IMG/VR virus record: IMGVR_UViG_3300025313_000944 | Coordinates: 1 to 64,000 of that record | Origin: a virus | Reading direction: 5' to 3' (one strand) | DNA: 64,000 nucleotides | In this document: piece after piece, positions 47,687 to 57,503 of the stretch | How the letters are laid out: the number at the start of each line of letters is the position of its first letter | Numbering within the stretch: the stretch's first letter is position 1 | Notes under the pieces: model-generated | Database searches by the model: none | Seen by the model: only the letters and a program-made list of their open reading frames with translations | Told to the model about the DNA's origin: nothing | Position numbers and translations under genes: made by a program

Positions 47687-48960
47687 TATGTACCAGCTAT
47701 CAAGGCTAGGTCTTGTAAATCTATGACCTCGTTGTGGAAATAAGGAACGTCGAAATCTCGGCCTAATACCTCCTTTGCCAGTACATACAAACTCTCTACC
47801 GTTATCAACCCACTCATGTGGGAAGCGGTAGAGAAAGCCAACCACAACTGTTCTTTCTCCTCATTCGGAGCCAGCTCTGGTTTGGTTTCCCAAGCCCACT
47901 TCAATAGGTCGGTTAGCTCCCCAATTTCTATAGCCTCATAATTAGCCACACTTAACAGATCGTGGCCGGTCAGTTCTTTCAACGTCAGGCGGTGGGTTTC
48001 CTCACTCACCTTGGGGGACAGCCCAAACAACTTGACCAACGCCTCTACTCTGGCAATAGCCTCTTCCACATCTATTTCACCAGCAATGGTTTGGTAATCT
48101 TCAACATCATAGTTGGCTTGCCAACCATAATTATACTTGGTGGTTGTGTTGGTATATTTTTTGGGTGGGTCATTTACGTTCTTCACTTCCTTGAATTCAG
48201 CAATGGTTTGCAACTCACCTTTATTTAAAACGTGAAGGCTATATTCTGGCAGAGCTTTGGGTTTCTCTACTACCTCTAGCAGAGGCAGGTTGAACGCAGC
48301 CAAGCCAAAGTTGACTGCCTCGGCTAAATCACTCAAATTGGCCTCGGTTGTGTTTAAGAGCAAGCCATAATTGGTGTTCATAGTATACAAGGTACGATTA
48401 CCGCGTACCACGAACACCTCCGGTCGGCCAAGTTGCCGGATGAGTAAGGAATATTCAGCCTCACCCACCTGTTTTAACACCTCTACTAATTTATCTTCGA
48501 CCTTAGCCCCACCCAATTGGTTGGCCAAGTAGGCCGTGAAAACATGGCTGTCGGTGGCATCCCTTAGATTAACTTCTTTGGCCAGACGGTCATGCTCCTT
48601 GAAAATACCGTTGTGCATGACCAACACCCCACCCACTACGAATGGGTGGGCGTGCTCCGTTGGATGGTTTTGGCCGTACTGCACCCGCCACTCTGTCGAG
48701 GCGTTCCTGACGTGACCAATCAAGGTATCCTTGTAGCCATCTACTTTTTGGAACCAGTTGTGCCACGGTTCCAAAAATACTAACTCCTTGGCGGGCTTGC
48801 CAATCTTGAGGAATGGTAATCTATCTACCGTGTTGGCTGAGATGCCTATTCCGTTGGTGTTGCCCAGCCTAGCCGACAACAAAGTTAATACTCCGAACAC
48901 ATATAAGTCATTGACCTCAACTATAGGGTCACGTTTTGACATGGCAATTAATCTGCACAT
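47686..48960 (-). CDS. class II (Ntn) glutamine amidotransferase
   Basis: MCRL, IGHVRNAS, HAHPF, HNG, TDS. Confidence 0.88.
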   Translation of the reverse strand: MCRLIAMSKRDPIVEVNDLYVFGVLTLLSARLGNTNGIGISANTVDRLPFLKIGKPAKELVFLEPWHNWFQKVDGYKDTLIGHVRNASTEWRVQYGQNHPTEHAHPFVVGGVLVMHNGIFKEHDRLAKEVNLRDATDSHVFTAYLANQLGGAKVEDKLVEVLKQVGEAEYSLLIRQLGRPEVFVVRGNRTLYTMNTNYGLLLNTTEANLSDLAEAVNFGLAAFNLPLLEVVEKPKALPEYSLHVLNKGELQTIAEFKEVKNVNDPPKKYTNTTTKYNYGWQANYDVEDYQTIAGEIDVEEAIARVEALVKLFGLSPKVSEETHRLTLKELTGHDLLSVANYEAIEIGELTDLLKWAWETKPELAPNEEKEQLWLAFSTASHMSGLITVESLYVLAKEVLGRDFDVPYFHNEVIDLQDLALIAGT

Positions 48961-49325
48961 AATTTCTCCTGCAAAACCCTGCGGTGGATTTCAGACCGCC
49001 AAGGTCTTTCCTGTGTTCTTTCTTCTATTTCCACTTTATAATGCCACTCCATATTGTCCGGTATTTTGGTCCACGCCATTGGCTGAACTTTGTGGTCGGG
49101 AAAGTCAATGCCTAGTTCTTTGCACAAATTTTTGACATAAGAAGCACCCATGTCCACCCAACCACAGCCGTTCCAAAATGCAGGAATGGTGTGGGTCTCA
49201 CCTCTAGCGGAATTGTGCAACCCTCTGTATCTATCCTCTGCTGTATACTCGGTGGTAATAAGAGCTTCCCACCCCGCATCTTCATCGAAGTATAGCTGAC
49301 CATCAATCAATTCCAAGTTTACCAT
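48948..49325 (-). CDS. hypothetical protein
   Basis: AAGGA RBS; ORF between the GATase genes. Confidence 0.5.
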   Translation of the reverse strand: MVNLELIDGQLYFDEDAGWEALITTEYTAEDRYRGLHNSARGETHTIPAFWNGCGWVDMGASYVKNLCKELGIDFPDHKVQPMAWTKIPDNMEWHYKVEIEERTQERPWRSEIHRRVLQEKLCAD

Positions 49326-49336
49326 TTTTATTTTCC

Positions 49337-49960
49337 TTAGCTTAAAATATGGGCGAGTAGGTATTCGGATATACCATCGTAAATTTCTTCTGGGTGCCAT
49401 TGTACACCAGCTATTGGCAAATCCTCATGAAGCACGGCCTCTACTATATCGTCCCCCGAATAGCTAATTGGTCTTAACTCTACCCCCAATTCGCCCACAG
49501 CTTGGTGGTGCATGCTATTCACCTTTATGCTTTTCCTTGCTCCTAGTGCAAAACTTACCTCATGTACAAGTTGGGTTCTTGGGTCTGAGTGTGGGTGACT
49601 TAGTAAATTCTGTATCAGAGTGCCACCAAAGTGCACATTTAGGGTTTGCAGTCCACGACAAATGCCGAAGATGGGAAGCTTGGCTTTGACCAAGCTCGGT
49701 AAGATGTTGATATCGAAATACTCCAAGTGTTGGTCGCTATCATACAAGATGAAATTAGGCGCTTGCCGATAGCGCATTGTATTCAGGTCACTACCACCCG
49801 GTAGGACCACCAACCCAAAAAATCTGACTATATCTTCGGCGGTGGCAGTTGGTGGTATGGGGTAAACTGGACCCCATTGGCTCAAATACTCCATGTATGG
49901 GGCACCTACACCGAAAAAGCTGTCTTGGTAAGAAACCCGACCTGCTATGCCAATATTCAT
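49337..49960 (-). CDS. second class I glutamine amidotransferase / peptidase C26
   Basis: LPGGSD, GICRGLQ..NV.FGG.L.Q, VNS.HHQAV, GVQWHPE. Confidence 0.9.
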   Translation of the reverse strand: MNIGIAGRVSYQDSFFGVGAPYMEYLSQWGPVYPIPPTATAEDIVRFFGLVVLPGGSDLNTMRYRQAPNFILYDSDQHLEYFDINILPSLVKAKLPIFGICRGLQTLNVHFGGTLIQNLLSHPHSDPRTQLVHEVSFALGARKSIKVNSMHHQAVGELGVELRPISYSGDDIVEAVLHEDLPIAGVQWHPEEIYDGISEYLLAHILS

Positions 49961-50070
49961 TTTAGCACCCCCTCAGAACCAAGAGTATTATTACAAGTAC
50001 CACCAAATATAGAAACCATAGGTAGAGTTGTCCTTCGTTTAATCTCATTTTATTTTCTCCTTTTATTCTT

Positions 50071-51153
50071 TTAATCGTAGTAACCATTGTCCCAAATGGA
50101 CCGAATAAATTCTCTGTCAACCACCGGCGGTACCAAGCGACTGTCCATAGCTTCCAGATTCACGTAGGCGCTCTGGTTCCTACATAGATGATTTATCTGT
50201 GGGCCTTGAACACCTAGTTGCCAGTCCGATTTAGACCACAACCGGTACAGCTTATCCAAGGTGTAGTCCTCCATAGGAACCACAGCCAGTAGGTCTTCCA
50301 ACGTATAATCTTCGTAGGTTTTCCCCAAAGGAAAGCGAGGGATATCCAATTCCACCGGTTTGGCGTAGGCGGCTCTAACCACCGCCAGACACAGGTGTAC
50401 CCAAGCTTCCACGTTTTTGAAATCCAGTGTTTGATTAAAACACCGGAATTCGATAGTGCCTTGCCTTAGAAGTGGCACCGGGTTTAGCCAGTAATAGCGT
50501 GGCGGTATCCACTTGCTTCTCTGCTGGTCGGCTCTACCCCAAGCCTGCAATACCTCTTCGGTAGAATTAGCATACATGATTATTCTGTCAACATCGAAGC
50601 ATTGCCGCCAATGCTCATTACCATCTTTAACATATTGTGGACCAGCACCGGTCAATGGCCGACAGTACATGTAATCGTTATGACTGATACCACGATGGTA
50701 CAACAACTCAGCCACAGAAAGTCTGAACATAGGCGCTTCTATCCTAGTAGCAATTTCCAGGATGTTCTTAATGACCTCGACCGGTGGTAATGTTCCCATG
50801 TAAACGTGGACATGTACTGAGGTCAAAGTCGAGAGGTACTCTCCGTACCTCTTCAGTAGCTTGGTTAAAGCTTGAATATCCTCTCTGAACTTGGCTGAGG
50901 TTAGTTTACTGTAGACAGGTGAAACCAGTTCCCCGCCGACTTGGCGGGATGGCAGGATGTCAAGCAACGAATCTCCACGGTCTACCTCTAGGCGGATACC
51001 ATCTACCTCTAGTCCCCGCTTGGTGCAGGAGCCATCTCGCGTCAGAGACCAACCCCTCAGATCAGATTTCTTGGGGGGCCAATGACCGTCGATGTCGAAG
51101 CTGTTGAATTCGTACTCTACGCCGAAGCTACTACCTATTTCGTAGATTGCCAT
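50071..51153 (-). CDS. putative amidoligase (COOH-NH2 ligase family)
   Basis: FGVEYE, DGS, ELVSP, VHVH, RY..LN, TIEFR. Confidence 0.88.
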   Translation of the reverse strand: MAIYEIGSSFGVEYEFNSFDIDGHWPPKKSDLRGWSLTRDGSCTKRGLEVDGIRLEVDRGDSLLDILPSRQVGGELVSPVYSKLTSAKFREDIQALTKLLKRYGEYLSTLTSVHVHVYMGTLPPVEVIKNILEIATRIEAPMFRLSVAELLYHRGISHNDYMYCRPLTGAGPQYVKDGNEHWRQCFDVDRIIMYANSTEEVLQAWGRADQQRSKWIPPRYYWLNPVPLLRQGTIEFRCFNQTLDFKNVEAWVHLCLAVVRAAYAKPVELDIPRFPLGKTYEDYTLEDLLAVVPMEDYTLDKLYRLWSKSDWQLGVQGPQINHLCRNQSAYVNLEAMDSRLVPPVVDREFIRSIWDNGYYD

Positions 51154-51163
51154 GTTTTGCTCC

Positions 51164-51625
51164 TTAACTATGTACCAAATACAACCATACTTCACTGTTT
51201 ATTCCAGCATGGTACAGTTTGGATTTAGCTTGACGATGCTTGGCTGCCAACTCCATAATGTCATACCCACCGAATCGAGGCCGTTGAACCCGCACTGTTG
51301 TGCCAGAATAGTCATCGGATAATTCGGCCAAAGTTACACCAAGTATTCCATTAAGGACACCACCCTTGGGGGCATAATAACTGACATGCAGATCGAGGCC
51401 GTGTTCTTCCTTGAACCAATCTTGATACCAGTCGAGGTCGTATTCCAATACGCCAAATTTGAGAAGTTCAACCTCTTTGGTCTCTAAAGCTGGCTCGCCT
51501 TGGCTGTCGTGCAAGTAATAAATATTTGCACCCAATACAATGCTTTTCTTAATCTTGATCTGTTTGATAGTAGGTTTAAGGTAATCTTCAGCCCGCACGC
51601 CTACCATCAAAGTTACCTCGCTCAT
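51164..51625 (-). CDS. hypothetical protein
   Basis: AAGGAG RBS. Confidence 0.55.
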   Translation of the reverse strand: MSEVTLMVGVRAEDYLKPTIKQIKIKKSIVLGANIYYLHDSQGEPALETKEVELLKFGVLEYDLDWYQDWFKEEHGLDLHVSYYAPKGGVLNGILGVTLAELSDDYSGTTVRVQRPRFGGYDIMELAAKHRQAKSKLYHAGINSEVWLYLVHS

Positions 51626-51694
51626 TTTAATCTCCTTGAAATACTGGTCCAAAAGCGGACCGTGAAATAGATTAACCCGATTAACAAGGCTATC

Positions 51695-52468
51695 TCAATC
51701 ATTGGGGTACTTTCTGCGTGGCTTGACCAAGATAGCGTAAGATTTCCTATTTTCCATTGGAAGCTTCAACCAATCCCTAAATGCAGACCAAGCATACATT
51801 GGTAGGGTTTCTACTATTACAGCACCAACTTTAGCTGTTCGGTAAATATGCTTATATAGGTTCAGCATATTCATCTCACGGCTTATGGGTTGGTACATAT
51901 AAATTATGTCATAAGGCTTGAAATCATGCTCGAAAGCATCTCCCAAAATGAAGGTTGGCCTCGGTTTGTTGGGGTAGAGATCCATGAACTTCTTGCTTAG
52001 GAACTTACCGGCGTAATAACTATCGGGTGTGTATTCTATCCCGTAGGCCGTCAAGTTGAAGTAATCGCTGGCCAAGAAAGCTTTGTCCCCGATACCAGAA
52101 CCCACATCTATGAATTTTTTAGCTCTAGGCTTTGTGAGCAAGGCAGCACTGATGGCAACTACGAAATCGGCAGGCGGCAGTGGTATGTAGGCGTAGTCAC
52201 CACGCTTATAGGCTAATTCGTCTTTGATATCCGAGCATGACAACCTATCTGGTTCTAAACCAAATATCAACTTCAAGGCCGCGGTCAGAGACCTGTTCAG
52301 TGCTGAGTAATAATATTCTGCCTTACCCTCCTTGGCCCAGTCCAATAAGAACCAATAGTCTGCTATGCTCACATTTTTGAAGTCAACATTGGTCGTGCAC
52401 TTGGCACACATGTAAAACTTGCTAGACAAGGCCCTCATCTCACCACATTCTCTGCATTTTCCAGCCAT
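51695..52468 (-). CDS. class I SAM-dependent methyltransferase
   Basis: FIDVGSGIG, YGIE, GDAF, YDIIYMYQP; N-terminal CREC..CAKC. Confidence 0.8.
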   Translation of the reverse strand: MAGKCRECGEMRALSSKFYMCAKCTTNVDFKNVSIADYWFLLDWAKEGKAEYYYSALNRSLTAALKLIFGLEPDRLSCSDIKDELAYKRGDYAYIPLPPADFVVAISAALLTKPRAKKFIDVGSGIGDKAFLASDYFNLTAYGIEYTPDSYYAGKFLSKKFMDLYPNKPRPTFILGDAFEHDFKPYDIIYMYQPISREMNMLNLYKHIYRTAKVGAVIVETLPMYAWSAFRDWLKLPMENRKSYAILVKPRRKYPND

Positions 52469-52531
52469 GATAACCCTCCTGAGGGGCTAATCAAAATTTG
52501 TAATTTCTTACTTGACATAACCTCTGGTGGT

Positions 52532-52819
52532 TTATTCTTCCTCGAAACCAGCCTCGCAGGTTTCACAGAGGTTGTTGTCGTTTAGTGGTTCGAGTTCACC
52601 ACATTCCTCACATAGCTGTATTTCCCAACTCTCCACCGTATCCTTACCCACCACCAGAAGATTATCATAGTATTCAGGGTCTTGGAATATTACCAATCCT
52701 TCCGGTGTAATGCACGCAGGTAATCTATCTGACTTTATATTTGCGCGGATAGCTTGGTCGGTGCTCTCCACCGGCCTAATTTTTTGGGAATGAATAACCT
52801 CATGGTGCCATTTAAACAT
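52532..52819 (-). CDS. small C-terminal Zn-finger protein
   Basis: CEECGELEPLNDNNLCETC; AAGGAG RBS. Confidence 0.6.
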   Translation of the reverse strand: MFKWHHEVIHSQKIRPVESTDQAIRANIKSDRLPACITPEGLVIFQDPEYYDNLLVVGKDTVESWEIQLCEECGELEPLNDNNLCETCEAGFEEE

Positions 52820-53045
52820 TAGATTTCTCCTTTTTAACCACAATATTTTCTTCTTTTAGAAACTCTAAGATGCTATCGGCCAAGCCTATGTTCGAGGCGA
52901 TCTGCACATCGGTTACTACCATACAGTCAGTAGACCAAGTGGTTACTCCGAAGAAAAATTGAATCTTGAGCATTTGGTCTATATCCTCTAGGGCTTGTCG
53001 CAACCCTTGGCGGTCGTCGGCTTGTATAGCTGCAATTAGTATCAT
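52812..53045 (-). CDS. hypothetical protein
   Basis: 77 aa, GGAGG RBS. Confidence 0.5.
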   Translation of the reverse strand: MILIAAIQADDRQGLRQALEDIDQMLKIQFFFGVTTWSTDCMVVTDVQIASNIGLADSILEFLKEENIVVKKEKSNV

Positions 53046-53070
53046 TCTACCTCCATTTTTAGTAAGGCTT

Positions 53071-53256
53071 TCATAAGGTCATGAACCCACAAATTCTAAT
53101 AAGAACCCCAAGGCATGCCATAAACCAGAGTGCCGCCAACCAAGCTAGTAGAGGGTAACCAGTGGATGCGGCTAAAAATAGCGGGGCGACAGTTATTGAA
53201 ACAAACAAGCCTAGTGCTAGCCCGGCAGCAGCACCTTTACAGACATGTTTCAACAT
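53071..53256 (-). CDS. small two-TM membrane protein
   Basis: AGGAGG RBS, hydrophobic. Confidence 0.55.
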   Translation of the reverse strand: MLKHVCKGAAAGLALGLFVSITVAPLFLAASTGYPLLAWLAALWFMACLGVLIRICGFMTL

Positions 53257-53265
53257 TTTAACCTC

Positions 53266-53634
53266 CTATAGTACAAACATAACTTCCACCTCGGTAGGTG
53301 GTCGAATAATAGTTACACGTTCTTTGGGTGCAGGCAACAGCGGTCGGTCGAATTGGTACTCAGGGTTGATGATAGTTTCCCGCACCAAACCCATCACGAA
53401 GTAATCCCGCCGCAAGATGTCAGGTGTATCCCGTACCACCTTGGAGTTTTGCAAAGCGTATTCGATTAGCTTGTTGAACAGTTCCCAGTTGGTAGACGAG
53501 TACACCAACTGGAACTCTTTACCCTCGTTGTAGACGTGGGTGACCTTCTGACCATCCTCGAAAATATCGGCTGCGAATGAGAGAACATCCTTGGTCTCTT
53601 CTGGATAGGTTCTCAAGTTTCTGATGTTGTACAT
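53266..53634 (-). CDS. hypothetical protein
   Basis: 122 aa, GGAGG RBS. Confidence 0.6.
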   Translation of the reverse strand: MYNIRNLRTYPEETKDVLSFAADIFEDGQKVTHVYNEGKEFQLVYSSTNWELFNKLIEYALQNSKVVRDTPDILRRDYFVMGLVRETIINPEYQFDRPLLPAPKERVTIIRPPTEVEVMFVL

Positions 53635-53733
53635 GTTACCCCTCCAAAAACTTTCTCAGTTGCCCAAGTTTGGCGTATACAAAAACTTGGGTTGATCCAC
53701 CTCATTTAGCAACTTTGTTAACATTTTACCCTC

Positions 53734-54069
53734 CTAATCTGGGTAACTTGGGAAGTAGTTTGTGTCCAAGCTGTGCTCGATCACCATGTATCTAGCAACC
53801 TGTGCTTGCTGTGCTTGGCCCCTGTAGACAAAACCATCCCAAGCCACGACCCCATAGTAGTGAGGTCTTACTTCTGTGATTTCCTTGACCGACGGTGGGT
53901 CACCCGTCTTGTCATACCTACTACCACGATCATACCCTATGCCGTGGCTCAAGAATATCTCGGCAGCCTCTTGCACCGAGTCCGCCAAGACAATCGGATC
54001 GTGGTAATAATTATGTGGGTCGTCCCTATCTACATCAGTACTTCTGCTCATGAAAACGTAGAGATTCAT
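53734..54069 (-). CDS. hypothetical protein
   Basis: 111 aa, GAGGT RBS. Confidence 0.6.
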   Translation of the reverse strand: MNLYVFMSRSTDVDRDDPHNYYHDPIVLADSVQEAAEIFLSHGIGYDRGSRYDKTGDPPSVKEITEVRPHYYGVVAWDGFVYRGQAQQAQVARYMVIEHSLDTNYFPSYPD

Positions 54070-54317
54070 TTTTATACCTCTTTATCCCCTAATAGATATT
54101 ACCAGTGTGCTATTCTCAACTACCCCCCAAGCCACATCTTTTAATTCAAATTCTAAGGGTGGAAAATAGCCATTCCTAAAAGACAGCAGGTACTTGGAGG
54201 GCTTGGTTAATTTGGCGTGAAAAACATCGAAGGTGTTGAAATCTGCGTAGACTTCTTTACCTAAGAATTGGTCCAATAGTTCATGTGTAATTTCTTGTGA
54301 CATTTTACATCTTTTAC

Positions 54318-54521
54318 TTATTTCCAAGCTTGGGTAGGAAATATAGCCACCGCTGAGGTGACCGTTGCTTTTTCCTGTTGGGCAATAGCATACGCATATA
54401 CTTTGGTGAATGTAACACTGTGCCTACCAAACCCAGTTTCAAACTCATCCAACCGAAAATCGTAGAATAGCGGAGTTTTACCTTTATATTTGACTATTGC
54501 GTATAGCTTTATTTGTGCCAT
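54318..54521 (-). CDS. hypothetical protein
   Basis: 67 aa, AAGGAGG RBS. Confidence 0.55.
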   Translation of the reverse strand: MAQIKLYAIVKYKGKTPLFYDFRLDEFETGFGRHSVTFTKVYAYAIAQQEKATVTSAVAIFPTQAWK

Positions 54522-54523
54522 TT

Positions 54524-54816
54524 TTATTCTGCCTCCTTATAGTTAACACAATCCTCACAGATGCCATTCTCATTTAGCGGTTGAATATCATCACAATTGT
54601 TGCACATTCTGAATTCGATGTGTTGGTAGGTATTCGTAGTTATATCGACTGCTGTGAGACCCCAAGGGTTGTCAGCATTGGCTACCAACAGCTTGTCTCC
54701 CACCCGAATTGGTGCGTCATAGCCAACATCCGTTATTTTCTTCAGTGCGGCTTCAAAGGTTGGAGTAAGACTTTGCTTTCCGCCAGAACGTCGTAGTGGT
54801 GCTTAAATTTTGCCAT
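54524..54816 (-). pseudogene. frameshifted paralogue of 52532-52819
   Basis: MAKFKHHYDVLAESKV.. stops after 24 codons; -1 frame continues to CNNCDDIQPLNENGICEDC. Confidence 0.65.
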
Positions 54817-55083
54817 TTCCGTTTTTATTCTCCTTGAAAAATTTTTGCCTAAATAATTGGCCCTGTTACCTCGAAACCGAGGCCGGTGAGAAACACAAAA
54901 TCCTAGCGCAACCACGGTCCGGTCAAGAACCTAGGTCGGCTAGGATTTCATTAGAAACCACAATTGATGGTTCCGAGATTGGTGGTAGCAATCTTGGGTG
55001 GTACTGACCCCACATAATTCATATCTCTCAGGTTCTACGATAATTTGGTGCAAACTGGTTAATTCCAGTGTCTAACTGTAGGA

Positions 55084-55112
55084 ATTGTAGCACGAGGTAC
55101 TTTGGCTGTCAA
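55084..55112 (-). promoter_or_regulatory. sigma70-type promoter for leftward operon
   Basis: TTGACA-17-TACAAT with TG extension. Confidence 0.75.
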
Positions 55113-55144
55113 GCAGTAGATTTACCTATAGCAATCTATAGCTT

Positions 55145-55350
55145 AACTAGCTGGTAGCATACCTAGGCAGGGAGAAAGCACATATATAATGAAACACGGT
55201 AATTAACCGCAAATTGCGTATTCGGTGCACTAAATTAAATTAACTGGGTGACATACCAAGGCAGGGCGTGAAGCATATATAATGAAGGCCGGTGAACGAC
55301 CGTGATTTACGTATTAGGTACGTTATTTTTACCTTGAGCGGTAGCATATC
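55145..55350. repeat. degenerate ~94-bp tandem repeat, just over two units
   Basis: GGTAGCATACC-like boxes at 55153, 55247, 55340; AGGCAGGG..AAGCA(CA)TATATAATGAA in both full units. Confidence 0.75.
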
Positions 55351-55403
55351 TTGGACTGCTGACCAGCTCTAGGTAGCCTACCCAAACTCGGTGAAACTGG
55401 TTC

Positions 55404-55432
55404 TTGACAATGCACTCACCGTGTGCTATAGT
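55404..55432 (+). promoter_or_regulatory. sigma70-type promoter
   Basis: TTGACA-17-TATAGT with TG extension, preceded by GGTGAAACT. Confidence 0.8.
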
Positions 55433-55501
55433 AGACCTAGTGATTGGAGTATTGGCAACCCACCCCTAGCTGGGTGGAACTAGCTCATTGGAGGTGAGCA
55501 A

Positions 55502-55723
55502 ATGAGAACGATTAGATGCCCTCGCTGCGGTAACTTTCACACGATTGGGCAGAATAGTGCCGACTTGATCTGCCCCACCTGTAGAGACCGAGAGTACCAA
55601 GAAACGTTGAGTCACCGAGTCGTCCCTCGCAAACCAGGGTTGTATTTTCTGTCAGCCCCGGTCGGTTGGGTTCGTATCAATAACGATGACAACCAAGATG
55701 AGGTGAATAATGTCGAAATTTGA
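55502..55723 (+). CDS. zinc-ribbon protein
   Basis: CPRCG..CPTC; GGAGGTG RBS. Confidence 0.6.
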   Translation: MRTIRCPRCGNFHTIGQNSADLICPTCRDREYQETLSHRVVPRKPGLYFLSAPVGWVRINNDDNQDEVNNVEI

Positions 55724-56627
55724 TGATCTCATCAATATGGCGGTAAAACTTGGTTACTCAATAGAAGCTGAGGAAAAAAAGAGAAGCAAAGCGGCTGCGG
55801 TTAGCCGCAAGGCCGGCAAGAAGAAGCGCCAGCCCGGTGTCAGAAAGTTTGGTGAGGATACTTACCTAACCAGTAAGCTTCTCTACAAGATAATGGATAG
55901 AACCGACAAAACTGTCCATTATGTGGCGGGCATAGGTGCCGCCGAAAAGTTGGTGGAAGGGTTAAAGACTGAGGAACACAACCTAGTTCTATTTACCACT
56001 AACACTTCAGGTGACAAGCTGGTGGCACCTAAGCACTACCAATGTATCGTATCCAGCAACGGCAAAGCCGGTTATGCTTCCTTCTTCCGACCAACAACCG
56101 AGTGGCGGCGGGCAAAAATCCACAATAAAGATGGAGCACCTGAATGGGGATTAATACAAATCCTGCCTTGGCCAATAGCACCGGGTGGGTTCTATTTCCT
56201 GCTAAAAGACATTCAGGGCGGGGAGAAAGAAGTCACCGAGGAAGAGCAACGGAAAGTTATAGTTGCCGGTCCTTACCGTGTGGCTGAGGAAAAATATTTG
56301 CAGGAATTGTCCAAAGGGGATAGGTTGGTAATCGAGGACATCTTGGATGACCGGGCTTTGTTGGACGCCGTTGAATTGGTTCTGAATTGCCACTTCTCGG
56401 AATTGTCCACTAGGAGGGCACTGGACATCCTACGCAAAGGTACGACCAGATATGCTCATGACCCGACCGAAATAGCAGAAGGTTCCAGCCGGGCTCAGAG
56501 AGACCAGCAGACGATAGAGAACCAGCAAACGGTGATCGACCGGCAAGCTAAAGAGATAGAGAGATTGAGTCTTATAGTCACCCAACAACTGGGAATAATC
56601 CAAGGTCTGGGTGAAACTACTGCTTGA
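55710..56627 (+). CDS. hypothetical early protein with C-terminal coiled coil
   Basis: 305 aa, GAGGTG RBS. Confidence 0.65.
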   Translation: MSKFDDLINMAVKLGYSIEAEEKKRSKAAAVSRKAGKKKRQPGVRKFGEDTYLTSKLLYKIMDRTDKTVHYVAGIGAAEKLVEGLKTEEHNLVLFTTNTSGDKLVAPKHYQCIVSSNGKAGYASFFRPTTEWRRAKIHNKDGAPEWGLIQILPWPIAPGGFYFLLKDIQGGEKEVTEEEQRKVIVAGPYRVAEEKYLQELSKGDRLVIEDILDDRALLDAVELVLNCHFSELSTRRALDILRKGTTRYAHDPTEIAEGSSRAQRDQQTIENQQTVIDRQAKEIERLSLIVTQQLGIIQGLGETTA

Positions 56628-56652
56628 CACTGAGCTTACCCGATGCTAATCT
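56624..56652 (+). promoter_or_regulatory. sigma70-type promoter
   Basis: TTGACA-17-TAATCT with TG extension, preceded by GGTGAAACT. Confidence 0.65.
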
Positions 56653-56725
56653 AAGACTGTAGCAGTAGACAGGCCGGTAAGCACCGGCCTAATTTATTGA
56701 TTTTACCAACAGGAGGGTAAATCAA

Positions 56726-57316
56726 ATGGCCGACAAACAACAGAATAGTGGTGACGGACAAGCCACCAAGGTCTCGGTGAGACCCCTGAAATATGCCTAC
56801 AAACCCATCGTGCCTGGGTTTGTAGGCATATTTCAGGGTCCCACCGACGACGACCTGATGGGCAAGGAAATCCGCGAGCTTACCTTGGTTCTGCCACCGA
56901 CCGAGAAGGGGGCAGAGGCTACCAGAATCGAATTCTGGAAGGATAGCAAAGAGGTAAAGCAGGACGGCAAGTTGCTTCTACCGCCTCACTACAATGAGTG
57001 GTTGCGCTTGCTGGTAGCCCACGCGGTGGCTGGGTGGACGATGAAGGGTTCTGGTTACGCTTTGAGTGTGGCCATGAACACCGAGTCCTTCAAAGAGGAC
57101 ATCAAAAAGCTGGTTGACCGCGGCGCGGTGGTGGAAGCCCGGTACGCCAAGCAGGAAAAGTGGATTTATGCACCGTTCAAGTCTCTTTACGAATACGCGG
57201 TGCTCCACGCCAGCCTGCTTAAGACCACCGCCGAACGGTGGCCAGCCGAGACAAAGGTGGCCGAGGAGATTATCTCTGGCGAACCTGAGCGCGTTGAAGT
57301 CGAGTTTTCTCTGTAG
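56726..57316 (+). CDS. hypothetical early protein
   Basis: 196 aa, AGGAGG RBS. Confidence 0.65.
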   Translation: MADKQQNSGDGQATKVSVRPLKYAYKPIVPGFVGIFQGPTDDDLMGKEIRELTLVLPPTEKGAEATRIEFWKDSKEVKQDGKLLLPPHYNEWLRLLVAHAVAGWTMKGSGYALSVAMNTESFKEDIKKLVDRGAVVEARYAKQEKWIYAPFKSLYEYAVLHASLLKTTAERWPAETKVAEEIISGEPERVEVEFSL

Positions 57317-57503
57317 TAACCTGCTGGTGCTTGGGACTGGTTGTCCCCGCCACTACACAAATCACTTTGATAGCGGTAGGACATAGCCAGAAATGGTTGT
57401 GTCCTGCTCTGAGCCTTACACTTAGTTTTTTGGGTTGTTTAATTAGCACCTAAGTGTAAGGCTCAAGGTAGGACATAATCAACCTTAAAGGAGGTGAAAC
57501 TGA

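Noticed and set aside
47687-47845. N-terminal extension of RuvB
   Set aside because: Overlaps the GATase gene; RuvB similarity starts at MIIGQ with a TAATG overlap
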